Of a stretch of DNA of 64,000 nt, positions 38,801-51,800 are shown piece after piece (positions within the stretch are counted from its first letter, which is position 1; every line of letters starts with the position of its first letter). The position numbers and the translations under genes were made by a program. The notes beneath the pieces are model-generated. The model searched no databases. It had not been told where the DNA came from and saw only the letters and a program-made list of their open reading frames with translations. The stretch is from the human T2T-CHM13v2.0 reference genome, Homo sapiens, in the NCBI RefSeq assembly GCF_009914755.1, contig NC_060947.1; one strand, 5' to 3'.

Positions 38801-39946
38801 GGAGGGTTCAACTGTGTGACTTGAATGCAATCATCACTCAGAAGTTTCTGAGAATGCTTCTCTTTAGTTTTTACGTGAACATATACCCGTTTCGAACGAA
38901 GGCCACCCAGTGGTCCAAATATCCACTTGCAGATTCTACAGAAAGAGTGTTTCGAACCTGAACTCTCAAAGGCAGGTTCATCTCTGCGAGTTAAATGCAT
39001 TCATCATGAAGAACTTTCTCAGAGTGTTTGTGTTTAGTTATGGGAAATTATTCCCGTTTCCAACGAAATCCTCAGAGAGCTCCAAATATCCACCTGCAGA
39101 TTCTACCAAAAGTGTATTTGGAAACTGCTCCATCAAAAGGCATGTTCAGCTCTGTGAGTGAAACTCCATCATCACAAAGAATATTCTGAGAATGCTTCCG
39201 TTTGCCTTTTATATGAACTTCCTTCCTGTACTACCGTAGGCCTCAAAGCAGTCCAAATCTCCATTTGCAGATTCTACAAAAAGAGTGATTCCAATCTGCT
39301 CTATCAATAGGATTGTTCAACTCCATGAGTTGAATGCCATCCTCACAATGTCGTTTCTGAGAATGCTTCTATCTAGTTTTTATGTGAAGATATTTCCTTT
39401 TCCACCACAGGCCTCAAAGCCCTCCAAACGTCCACTTGCAGATTCTCGAAAAAGAGCGTTTCATAGCTGCTCTTTCAAAAGGAAAGTTCAACTCTGGGAG
39501 TTGAATACAAACATCACAAAGTAGTTTCCGAGAATGCTTCTGTTTAGTTTTTATGTGAAGATGATCCCGTTTCCAGTGAAATCTTCAAAGAGGTCCACAT
39601 ATCCCCTTGCAGATTCCAAAGAAAGAGGGTTTCAAAACTGCTCCATCAGAAGGATTGTTCAACTCTGTGAGTTGAATGCAGTCATCGCAGAAAACTTTCT
39701 GAGAATGCTTCTGTCTAGGTTTGATGTGAAGATATAGACGTTTCAAACGAAGGCTACAAAGTGGTCAAAATATACACTTGCAGATTCTACTACAAGGGTG
39801 TTGCAAACCTGAACTATCAAAGGAAGGTTCAACTCTGTGAGTTGAATACAAACATCACAAAGAATGTTCTGAGTTTGCTTCCGTTCAGTTATGGGAAGTT
39901 GATCCCGTTTCCAACGAAATCCTCAGAGAGGTCCAAATATCCCCTT

Positions 39947-42900
39947 GCAGATTCTACAAAACGTGTGTTTGGAAACTGCTCCATCATAACGAATGTTCAG
40001 CTCCCTGAGTTAAACTCCATCGTCACAAAGAATTTTCTGAGAGTGCTACCGTCTGGTTTTTATATGAAGTTCTTTCCTTGACTACCACAGGCCTCAAAGC
40101 GGTCCAAATCTCCACTTGCAGATTCTACAAAAAGAGTGTTTGCAAACTGCTCTATCAAAAGGAATGTTCAACTCTGGGAGTTGAATGCAATCATCACAGA
40201 GCAGTTTCTGAGAATGCTTCTATGTCATTTTTAGGAGAAGATATTTCCTTTTCCAACACAGTCCTCCAAGCCCGCTAAATAGCCACTTGCACATTGTAGA
40301 AAAAGTGTGTCAAAGCTGCGCTATCAAAGGGAAAGTTCAACTCTGTGAGGTGAATGCAAACATCCCAAAGAAGTTTCTGAGAGTGCTTCCGTTTAGCTTT
40401 TAGGTGAAGATTATCCCGTTTCCAACGAAATCTTCAAAGAGGTCCAAATATCCCCTTGCGGATCCCACAGAAAGAGTGTTTCGAAACTGCTGTTTCAAAA
40501 GGAATCTTCAACTCTGTGAGTTGAATGCAATCATCACAAAGAAGTTTCTGACAATGCTTCTCTCTCGTCTTTCTGTGAAGATAAAGGAAAAGGCTTTAAG
40601 GCCTTTTCCACCACAGGCCTGAAAGCGCTCCAAATGTCCACTTGCAGATTCTGCCAAAAGAATATTTCAAAACTGCTCTATGAAAAGCAATGTTAAACTC
40701 TGCGGCTCGAACACAAACATCACAAAGCAGTTTCTGAGAATGCTTCAGTTTAGTTTTTCTGTGGAAATATTCCCGTTTCCAAAGAAATCTTCAAAGAGGT
40801 CCACGTATCCACTTACAGATTCTACAAAAAGACAGTTTCAAAACTGCTCCATCAAAAGGAGGGTTCAACTGTGTGACTTGAATGCAATCATCACTCAGAA
40901 GTTTCTGAGAATGCTTCTCTTTAGTTTTTACGTGAACATATACCCGTTTCGAACGAAGGCCACCCAGTGGTCCAAATATCCACTTGCAGATTCTACAGAA
41001 AGAGTGTTTCGAACCTGAACTCTCAAAGGCAGGTTCATCTCTGCGAGTTAAATGCATTCATCATGAAGAACTTTCTCAGAGTGTTTGTGTTTAGTTATGG
41101 GAAATTATTCCCGTTTCCAACGAAATCCTCAGAGAGCTCCAAATATCCACCTGCAGATTCTACCAAAAGTGTATTTGGAAACTGCTCCATCAAAAGGCAT
41201 GTTCAGCTCTGTGAGTGAAACTCCATCATCACAAAGAATATTCTGAGAATGCATCCGTTTGCCTTTTATATGAACTTCCTTCCTGTACCACCGTAGGCCT
41301 CAAAGCAGTCCAAATCTCCATTTGCAGATTCTACAAAAAGAGTGATTCCAATCTGCTCTATCAATAGGATTGTTCAACTCCATGAGTTGAATGCCATCCT
41401 CACAAAGTCGTTTCTGAGAATGCTTCTATCTGGTTTTTGTGTGAAGATATTTCCTTTTCCACCACAGGCCTCAAAGCCCTCCAAACGTCCACTTGCAGAT
41501 TCTCGAAAAAGAGTGTTTCATAGCTGCTCTTTCAAAAGGAAAGTTCAACTCTGGGAGTTGAATACAAACATCACAAAATAGTTTCCGAGAATGCTTTTGT
41601 TTAGTTTTTATGTGAAGATGATCCCGTTTCCAGTGAAATCTTCAAAGAGGTCCACATATCCCCTTGCAGATTCCAAAGAAAGAGGGTTTCAAAACTGCTC
41701 CATCAAAAGGATTCTTCAACTCTGTGAGTTGAATGCAGTCATCGCAGAAAACTTTCTGAGAATGCTTCTGTCTAGGTTTGATGTGAAGATATAGACGTTT
41801 CAAACGAAGGCTACAAAGTGGTCAAAATATACACCTGCAGATTCTACTACAAGGGTGTTGCCAACCTGAACTATCAAAGGAAGGTTCAACTCTGTGAGTT
41901 GAATACAAACATCACAAAGAATGTTCTGAGTTTGCTTCCGTTCAGTTATGGGAAGTTGATCCCGTTTCCAACGAAATCCTCAGAGAGGTCCAAATATCCC
42001 CTCGCAGATTCTACAAAACGTGTGTTTGGAAACTGCTCCATCATAACGAATGTTCAGCTCCCTGAGTTAAACTCCATCGTCACAAAGAATTTTCTGAGAG
42101 TGCTACCGTCTGGTTTTTATATGAAGTTCTTTCCTTGACTACCACAGGCCTCAAAGCGGTCCAAATCTCCACTTGCAGATTCTACAAAAAGAGTGTTTGC
42201 AAACTGCTCTATCAAAAGGAATGTTCAACTCTGGGAGTTGAATGCAATCATCACAGAGCAGTTTCTGAGAATGCTTCTATGTCATTTTTAGGAGAAGATA
42301 TTTCCTTTTCCAACACAGTCCTCCAAGCCCGCTAAATAGCCACTTGCACATTGTAGAAAAAGTGTGTCAAAGCTGCGCTATCAAAGGGAAAGTTCAACTC
42401 TGTGAGGTGAATGCAAACATCCCAAAGAAGTTTCTGAGAGTGCTTCCGTTTAGCTTTTAGGTGAAGATTATCCCGTTTCCAACGAAATCTTCAAAGAGGT
42501 CCAAATATCCCCTTGCGGATCCCACAGAAAGAGTGTTTCGAAACTGCTGTTTCAAAAGGAATCTTCAACTCTGTGAGTTGAATGCAATCATCACAAAGAA
42601 GTTTCTGACAATGCTTCTCTCTCGTCTTTCTGTGAAGATAAAGGAAAAGGCTTTAAGGCCTTTTCCACCACAGGCCTGAAAGCGCTCCAAATGTCCACTT
42701 GCAGATTCTGCCAAAAGAATATTTCAAAACTGCTCTATGAAAAGCAATGTTAAACTCTGCGGCTCGAACACAAACATCACAAAGCAGTTTCTGAGAATGC
42801 TTCAGTTTAGTTTTTCTGTGGAAATATTCCCGTTTCCAAAGAAATCTTCAAAGAGGTCCACGTATCCACTTACAGATTCTACAAAAAGACAGTTTCAAAA

Positions 42901-45827
42901 CTGCTCCATCAAAAGGAGGGTTCAACTGTGTGACTTGAATGCAATCATCACTCAGAAGTTTCTGAGAATGCTTCTCTTTAGTTTTTACGTGAACATATAC
43001 CCGTTTCGAACGAAGGCCACCCAGTGGTCCAAATATCCACTTGCAGATTCTACAGAAAGAGTGTTTCGAACCTGAACTCTCAAAGGCAGGTTCATCTCTG
43101 CGAGTTAAATGCATTCATCATGAAGAACTTTCTCAGAGTGTTTGTGTTTAGTTATGGGAAATTATTCCCGTTTCCAACGAAATCCTCAGAGAGCTCCAAA
43201 TATCCACCTGCAGATTCTACCAAAAGTGTATTTGGAAACTGCTCCATCAAAAGGCATGTTCAGCTCTGTGAGTGAAACTCCATCATCACAAAGAATATTC
43301 TGAGAATGCATCCGTTTGCCTTTTATATGAACTTCCTTCCTGTACCACCGTAGGCCTCAAAGCAGTCCAAATCTCCATTTGCAGATTCTACAAAAAGAGT
43401 GATTCCAATCTGCTCTATCAATAGGATTGTTCAACTCCATGAGTTGAATGCCATCCTCACAAAGTCGTTTCTGAGAATGCTTCTATCTGGTTTTTGTGTG
43501 AAGATATTTCCTTTTCCACCACAGGCCTCAAAGCCCTCCAAACGTCCACTTGCAGATTCTCGAAAAAGAGTGTTTCATAGCTGCTCTTTCAAAAGGAAAG
43601 TTCAACTCTGGGAGTTGAATACAAACATCACAAAATAGTTTCCGAGAATGCTTTTGTTTAGTTTTTATGTGAAGATGATCCCGTTTCCAGTGAAATCTTC
43701 AAAGAGGTCCACATATCCCCTTGCAGATTCCAAAGAAAGAGGGTTTCAAAACTGCTCCATCAAAAGGATTCTTCAACTCTGTGAGTTGAATGCAGTCATC
43801 GCAGAAAACTTTCTGAGAATGCTTCTGTCTAGGTTTGATGTGAAGATATAGACGTTTCAAACGAAGGCTACAAAGTGGTCAAAATATACACCTGCAGATT
43901 CTACTACAAGGGTGTTGCCAACCTGAACTATCAAAGGAAGGTTCAACTCTGTGAGTTGAATACAAACATCACAAAGAATGTTCTGAGTTTGCTTCCGTTC
44001 AGTTATGGGAAGTTGATCCCGTTTCCAACGAAATCCTCAGAGAGGTCCAAATATCCCCTCGCAGATTCTACAAAACGTGTGTTTGGAAACTGCTCCATCA
44101 TAACGAATGTTCAGCTCCCTGAGTTAAACTCCATCGTCACAAAGAATTTTCTGAGAGTGCTACCGTCTGGTTTTTATATGAAGTTCTTTCCTTGACTACC
44201 ACAGGCCTCAAAGCGGTCCAAATCTCCACTTGCAGATTCTACAAAAAGAGTGTTTGCAAACTGCTCTATCAAAAGGAATGTTCAACTCTGGGAGTTGAAT
44301 GCAATCATCACAGAGCAGTTTCTGAGAATGCTTCTATGTCATTTTTAGGAGAAGATATTTCCTTTTCCAACACAGTCCTCCAAGCCCGCTAAATAGCCAC
44401 TTGCACATTGTAGAAAAAGTGTGTCAAAGCTGCGCTATCAAAGGGAAAGTTCAACTCTGTGAGGTGAATGCAAACATCCCAAAGAAGTTTCTGAGAGTGC
44501 TTCCGTTTAGCTTTTAGGTGAAGATTATCCCGTTTCCAACGAAATCTTCAAAGAGGTCCAAATATCCCCTTGCGGATCCCACAGAAAGAGTGTTTCGAAA
44601 CTGCTGTTTCAAAAGGAATCTTCAACTCTGTGAGTTGAATGCAATCATCACAAAGAAGTTTCTGACAATGCTTCTCTCTCGTCTTTCTGTGAAGATAAAG
44701 GAAAAGGCTTTAAGGCCTTTTCCACCACAGGCCTGAAAGCGCTCCAAATGTCCACTTGCAGATTCTGCCAAAAGAATATTTCAAAACTGCTCTATGAAAA
44801 GCAATGTTAAACTCTGCGGCTCGAACACAAACATCACAAAGCAGTTTCTGAGAATGCTTCAGTTTAGTTTTTCTGTGGAAATATTCCCGTTTCCAAAGAA
44901 ATCTTCAAAGAGGTCCACGTATCCACTTACAGATTCTACAAAAAGACAGTTTCAAAACTGCTCCATCAAAAGGAGGGTTCAACTGTGTGACTTGAATGCA
45001 ATCATCACTCAGAAGTTTCTGAGAATGCTTCTCTTTAGTTTTTACGTGAACATATACCCGTTTCGAACGAAGGCCACCCAGTGGTCCAAATATCCACTTG
45101 CAGATTCTACAGAAAGAGTGTTTCGAACCTGAACTCTCAAAGGCAGGTTCATCTCTGCGAGTTAAATGCATTCATCATGAAGAACTTTCTCAGAGTGTTT
45201 GTGTTTAGTTATGGGAAATTATTCCCGTTTCCAACGAAATCCTCAGAGAGCTCCAAATATCCACCTGCAGATTCTACCAAAAGTGTATTTGGAAACTGCT
45301 CCATCAAAAGGCATGTTCAGCTCTGTGAGTGAAACTCCATCATCACAAAGAATATTCTGAGAATGCATCCGTTTGCCTTTTATATGAACTTCCTTCCTGT
45401 ACCACCGTAGGCCTCAAAGCAGTCCAAATCTCCATTTGCAGATTCTACAAAAAGAGTGATTCCAATCTGCTCTATCAATAGGATTGTTCAACTCCATGAG
45501 TTGAATGCCATCCTCACAAAGTCGTTTCTGAGAATGCTTCTATCTGGTTTTTGTGTGAAGATATTTCCTTTTCCACCACAGGCCTCAAAGCCCTCCAAAC
45601 GTCCACTTGCAGATTCTCGAAAAAGAGTGTTTCATAGCTGCTCTTTCAAAAGGAAAGTTCAACTCTGGGAGTTGAATACAAACATCACAAAATAGTTTCC
45701 GAGAATGCTTTTGTTTAGTTTTTATGTGAAGATGATCCCGTTTCCAGTGAAATCTTCAAAGAGGTCCACATATCCCCTTGCAGATTCCAAAGAAAGAGGG
45801 TTTCAAAACTGCTCCATCAAAAGGATT
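39947..45827. repeat. Run of about three near-identical consecutive HORs (period 2057 bp)
   Basis: The alleles 'ccttgact', 'tgtcatttt', 'gagtgcttcc', 'ggctttaagg', 'gaatgcatcc' and 'atgcttttg' recur three times at +2057, with identical ORF translations. Flanking mismatches are at 39946/42003 and 43771/45828. Confidence 0.88.
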
Positions 45828-48800
45828 GTTCAACTCTGTGAGTTGAATGCAGTCATCGCAGAAAACTTTCTGAGAATGCTTCTGTCTAGGTTTGATGTGA
45901 AGATATAGACGTTTCAAACGAAGGCTACAAAGTGGTCAAAATATACACCTGCAGATTCTACTACAAGGGTGTTGCCAACCTGAACTATCAAAGGAAGGTT
46001 CAACTCTGTGAGTTGAATACAAACATCACAAAGAATGTTCTGAGTTTGCTTCCGTTCAGTTATGGGAAGCTGATCCCGTTTCCAACGAAATCCTCAGAGA
46101 GGTCCAAATATCCCCTCGCAGTTTCTACAAAACGTGTGTTTGGAAACTGCTCCATCATAACGAATGTTCAGCTCCCTGAGTTAAACTCCATCGTCACAAA
46201 GAATTTTCTGAGAGTGCTACCGTCTGGTTTTTATATGAAGTTCTTTCCTTCACTACCACAGGCCTCAAAGCGGTCCAAATCTCCACTTGCAGATTCTACA
46301 AAAAGAGTGTTTGCAAACTGCTCTATCAAAAGGAATGTTCAACTCTGGGAGTTGAATGCAATCATCACAGAGCAGTTTCTGAGAATGCTTCTATGTCGTT
46401 TTTAGGAGAAGATATTTCCTTTTCCAACACAGTCCTCCAAGCCCGCTAAATAGCCACTTGCACATTGTAGAAAAAGTGTGTCAAAGCTGCGCTATCAAAG
46501 GGAAAGTTCAACTCTGTGAGGTGAATGCAAACATCCCAAAGAAGTTTCTGAGAATGCTTCCGTTTAGCTTTTAGGTGAAGATTATCCCGTTTCCAACGAA
46601 ACCTTCAAAGAGGTCCAAATATCCCCTTGCGGATCCCACAGAAAGAGTGTTTCGAAACTGCTGTTTCAAAAGGAATCTTCAACTCTGTGAGTTGAATGCA
46701 ATCATCACAAAGAAGTTTCTGACAATGCTTCTCTCTCGTCTTTCTGTGAAGATAAAGGAAAAGGCTTTCAGGCCTTTTCCACCACAGGCCTGAAAGCGCT
46801 CCAAATGTCCACTTGCAGATTCTGCCAAAAGAATATTTCAAAACTGCTCTATGAAAAGCAATGTTAAACTCTGTGGCTCGAACACAAACATCACAAAGCA
46901 GTTTCTGAGAATGCTTCAGTTTAGTTTTTCTGTGGAAATATTCCCGTTTCCAAAGAAATCTTCAAAGAGGTCCACGTATCCACTTACAGATTCTACAAAA
47001 AGACAGTTTCAAAACTGCTCAATCAAAAGGAGGGTTCAACTGTGTGACTTGAATGCAATCATCACTCAGAAGTTTCTGAGAATGCTTCTCTTTAGTTTTT
47101 ACGTGAACATATACCCGTTTCGAACGAAGGCCAGCCAGTGGTCCAAATATCCACTTGCAGATTCTACAGAAAGAGTGTTTCGAACCTGAACTCTCAAAGG
47201 CAGGTTCATCTCTGCGAGTTAAATGCATTCATCATGAAGAACTTTCTCAGAGTGTTTGTGTTTAGTTATGGGAAATTATTCCCGTTCCCAACGAAATCCT
47301 CAGAGAGCTCCAAATATCCACCTGCAGATTCTACCAAAAGTGTATTTGGAAACTGCTCCATCAAAAGGCATGTTCAGCTCTGTGAGTGAAACTCCATCAT
47401 CACAAAGAATATTCTGAGAATGCATCCGTTTGCCTTTTATATGAACTTCCTTCCTGTACCACCGTAGGCCTCAAAGCAGTCCAAATCTCCATTTGCAGAT
47501 TCTACAAAAAGAGTGATTCCAATCTGCTCTATCAATAGGATTGTTCAACTCCATGAGTTGAATGCCATCCTCACAAAGTCGTTTCTGAGAATGCTTCTAT
47601 CTGGTTTTTGTGTGAAGATATTTCCTTTTCCACCACAGGCCTCAAAGCCCTCCAAACGTCCACTTGCAGATTCTCGAAAAAGAGTGTTTCATAGCTGCTC
47701 TTTCAAAAGGAAAGTTCAACTCTGGGAGTTGAATACAAACATCACAAAATAGTTTCCGAGAATGCTTTTGTTTAGTTTTTATGTGAAGATGATCCCGTTT
47801 CCAGTGAAATCTTCAAAGAGGTCCACATATCCCCTTGCAGATTCCAAAGAAAGAGGGTTTCAAAACTGCTCCATCAAAAGGATTCTTCAACTCTGTGAGT
47901 TGAATGCAGTCATCGCAGAAAACTTTCTGAGAATGCTTCTGTCTAGGTTTGATGTGAAGATATAGACGTTTCAAACGAAGGCTACAAAGTGGTCAAAATA
48001 TACACCTGCAGATTCTACTACAAGGGTGTTGCCAACCTGAACTATCAAAGGAAGGTTCAACTCTGTGAGTTGAATACAAACATCACAAAGAATGTTCTGA
48101 GTTTGCTTCCGTTCAGTTATGGGAAGTTGATCCCGTTTCCAACGAAATCCTCAGAGAGGTCCAAATATCCCCTCGCAGATTCTACAAAACGTGTGTTTGG
48201 AAACTGCTCCATCATAACGAATGTTCAGCTCCCTGAGTTAAACTCCATCGTCACAAAGAATTTTCTGAGAGTGCTACCGTCTGGTTTTTATATGAAGTTC
48301 TTTCCTTCACTACCACAGGCCTCAAAGCGGTCCAAATCTCCACTTGCAGATTCTACAAAAAGAGTGTTTGCAAACTGCTCTATCAAAAGGAATGTTCAAC
48401 TCTGGGAGTTGAATGCAATCATCACAGAGCAGTTTCTGAGAATGCTTCTATGTCGTTTTTAGGAGAAGATATTTCCTTTTCCAACACAGTCCTCCAAGCC
48501 CGCTAAATAGCCACTTGCACATTGTAGAAAAAGTGTGTCAAAGCTGCGCTATCAAAGGGAAAGTTCAACTCTGTGAGGTGAATGCAAACATCCCAAAGAA
48601 GTTTCTGAGAATGCTTCCGTTTAGCTTTTAGGTGAAGATTATCCCGTTTCCAACGAAACCTTCAAAGAGGTCCAAATATCCCCTTGCGGATCCCACAGAA
48701 AGAGTGTTTCGAAACTGCTGTTTCAAAAGGAATCTTCAACTCTGTGAGTTGAATGCAATCATCACAAAGAAGTTTCTGACAATGCTTCTCTCTCGTCTTT

Positions 48801-51800
48801 CTGTGAAGATAAAGGAAAAGGCTTTCAGGCCTTTTCCACCACAGGCCTGAAAGCGCTCCAAATGTCCACTTGCAGATTCTGCCAAAAGAATATTTCAAAA
48901 CTGCTCTATGAAAAGCAATGTTAAACTCTGCGGCTCGAACACAAACATCACAAAGCAGTTTCTGAGAATGCTTCAGTTTAGTTTTTCTGTGGAAATATTC
49001 ACGTTTCCAAAGAAATCTTCAAAGAGGTCCACGTATCCACTTACAGATTCTACAAAAAGACAGTTTCAAAACTGCTCAATCAAAAGGAGGGTTCAACTGT
49101 GTGACTTGAATGCAATCATCACTCAGAAGTTTCTGAGAATGCTTCTCTTTAGTTTTTACGTGAACATATACCCGTTTCGAACGAAGGCCAGCCAGTGGTC
49201 CAAATATCCACTTGCAGATTCTACAGAAAGAGTGTTTCGAACCTGAACTCTCAAAGGCAGGTTCATCTCTGCGAGTTAAATGCATTCATCATGAAGAACT
49301 TTCTCAGCGTGTTTGTGTTTAGTTATGGGAAATTATTCCCGTTCCCAACGAAATCCTCAGAGAGGTCCAAATGTCCACCTGCAGATTCTACCAAAAGTGT
49401 ATTTGGAAACTGCTCCATCAACAGGCATGTTCAGCTCTGTGAGTGAAACTCCGTCATCACAAAGAATATTCTGAGAATGCTTCCGTTTGCCTTTTATATG
49501 AAGTTCCTTCCTATACGACCGTAGGCCTCAAAGCAGTCCAAATCTCCATTTGCAGATTCTACAAAAAGAGTGATTCCAATCTGCTGTATCAATAGGATTG
49601 TTCAACTCCATGAGTTGAATGCCATCCTCACAAAATCGTTTCTGAGAATGCTTCTATCTAGTTTTTATGTGAAGATATTTCCTTTTCCACCACAGGCCTC
49701 AAAGCCCTCCAAACGTCCACTTGCAGATTCTCGAAAAAGAGTGTTTCATAGCTGCTCTTTCAAAAGGAAAGTTCAACTCTGGGAGTTGAATACAAACATC
49801 ACAAAGTAGTTTCAGAGAATGCTTCTGTTTAGTTCTTATGTGAAGATTATCCCGTTTCCAGTGAAATCTTCAAAGAGGTCCACATATCCCCTTGCAGATT
49901 CCAAAGAAAGAGGGTTTCAAAACTGCTCCATCAAAAGGATTGTTCAACTCTGTGAGTTGAATGCAGTCATCGCAGAAAACTTTCTGAGAATGCTTCTGTC
50001 TAGGTTTGATGTGAAGATATAGACGTTTCAAACGAAGGCTACAAAGTGGTCAAAATATACACTTGCAGATTCTACTACAAGGGTGTTGCAAACCTGAACT
50101 ATCAAAGGAAGGTTCAACTCTGTGAGTTGAATACAAACATCGCAAACAATGCTCTGAATTTGCTTCCGTTCAGTTATGTGAAGTTGATCCCGTTTCCAAC
50201 GAAATCCTCAGAGAGGTCCAAATATCCCCTTGCAGATTCTACAAAACGTGTGTTTGGAAACTGCTCCATCATAACGAATGTTCAGCTCTCTGAGTTAAAC
50301 TCCATCGTCACAAAGAATTTTCTGAGAGTGCTACCGTCTAGTTTTTATATGAAGTTCTTTCCTTTACTACCACAGGCCTCAAAGCAGTCCAAATCTCCAC
50401 TTGCAGATTCTACAAAAAGAGTGTCTGCAAACTGCTCTATCAAAAGGAATGTTCAACTCTGGGAGTTGAATGCAATCATCACAGAGCAGTTTCTGAGAAT
50501 GCTTCTATGTCGTTTTTAGGAGAAGATATTTCCTTTTCCAACACAGTCCTCCAAGCCCGCTAAATAGCCACTTGCACATTGTAGAAAAAGTGTGTCAAAG
50601 CTGCGCTATCAAAGGGAAAGTTCAACTCTGTGAGGTGAATGCAAACATCCCAAAGAAGTTTCTGAGAATGCTTCCGTTTAGCTTTTAGGTGAAGATTATC
50701 CCGTTTCCAACGAAATCTTCAAAGAGGTCCAAATATCCCCTTGCCGATCCCACAGAAAGAGTGTTTCGAAACTGCTGTTTCAAAAGGAATCTTCAACTCT
50801 GTGAGTTGAATGCAATCATCACAAAGAAGTTTCTGACAATGCTTCTCTCTCGTCTTTCTGTGAAGATAAAGGAAAAGGCTTTCAGGCCTTTTCCACCACA
50901 GGCCTGAAAGCGCTCCAAATGTCCACTTGCAGATTCTGCCAAAAGAATATTTCAAAACTGCTCTATGAAAAGCAATGTTAAACTCTGCGGCTCGAACACA
51001 AACATCACAAAGCAGTTTCTGAGAATGCTTCAGTTTAGTTTTTCTGTGGAAATATTCCCGTTTCCAAAGAAATCTTCAAAGAGGTCCACGTATCCACTTA
51101 CAGATTCTACAAAAAGACAGTTTCAAAACTGCTCAATCAAAAGGAGGGTTCAACTGTGTGACTTGAATGCAATCATCACTCAGAAGTTTCTGAGAATGCT
51201 TCTCTTTAGTTTTTACGTGAACATATACCCGTTTCGAACGAAGGCCACCCAGTGGTCCAAATATCCACTTGCAGATTCTACAGAAAGAGTGTTTCGAACC
51301 TGAACTCTCAAAGGCAGGTTCATCTCTGCGAGTTAAATGCATTCGTCATGAAGAACTTTCTCAGCGTGTTTGTGTTTAGTTATGGGAAATTATTCCCGTT
51401 CCCAACGAAATCCTCAGAGAGGTCCAAATGTCCACCTGCAGATTCTACCAAAAGTGTATTTGGAAACTGCTCCATCAACAGGCATGTTCAGCTCCGTGAG
51501 TGAAACTCCATCATCACAAAGAATATTCTGAGAATGCTTCCGTTTGCCTTTTATATGAAGTTCCTTCCTATACGACCGTAGGCCTCAAAGCAGTCCAAAT
51601 CTCCATTTGCAGATTCTACAAAAAGAGTGATTCCAATCTGCTCTATCAATAGGATTGTTCAACTCCATGAGTTGAATGCCATCCTCACAAAGTCGTTTCT
51701 GAGAATGCTTCTATCTAGTTTTTATGTGAAGATATTTCCTTTTCCACCACAGGCCTCAAAGCCCTCCAAACGTCCACTTGCAGATTCTCGAAAAAGAGTG

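Larger units (their letters stand above)
25400..49300. repeat. HOR haplotype-B domain (about 11.6 HORs); boundaries approximate
   Basis: Co-occurring alleles: cccgtttccaacg at both variable boxes, gagagctcc (SacI), cagctccctg, ccgtctggt, ccttcact/ccttgact, aaatagcc, gtcaaagctg. The flanks mostly carry cccgttcccaacg, gagaggtcc, cagctctctg, ccgtctag, cctttact, aaatatcc. Confidence 0.82.
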
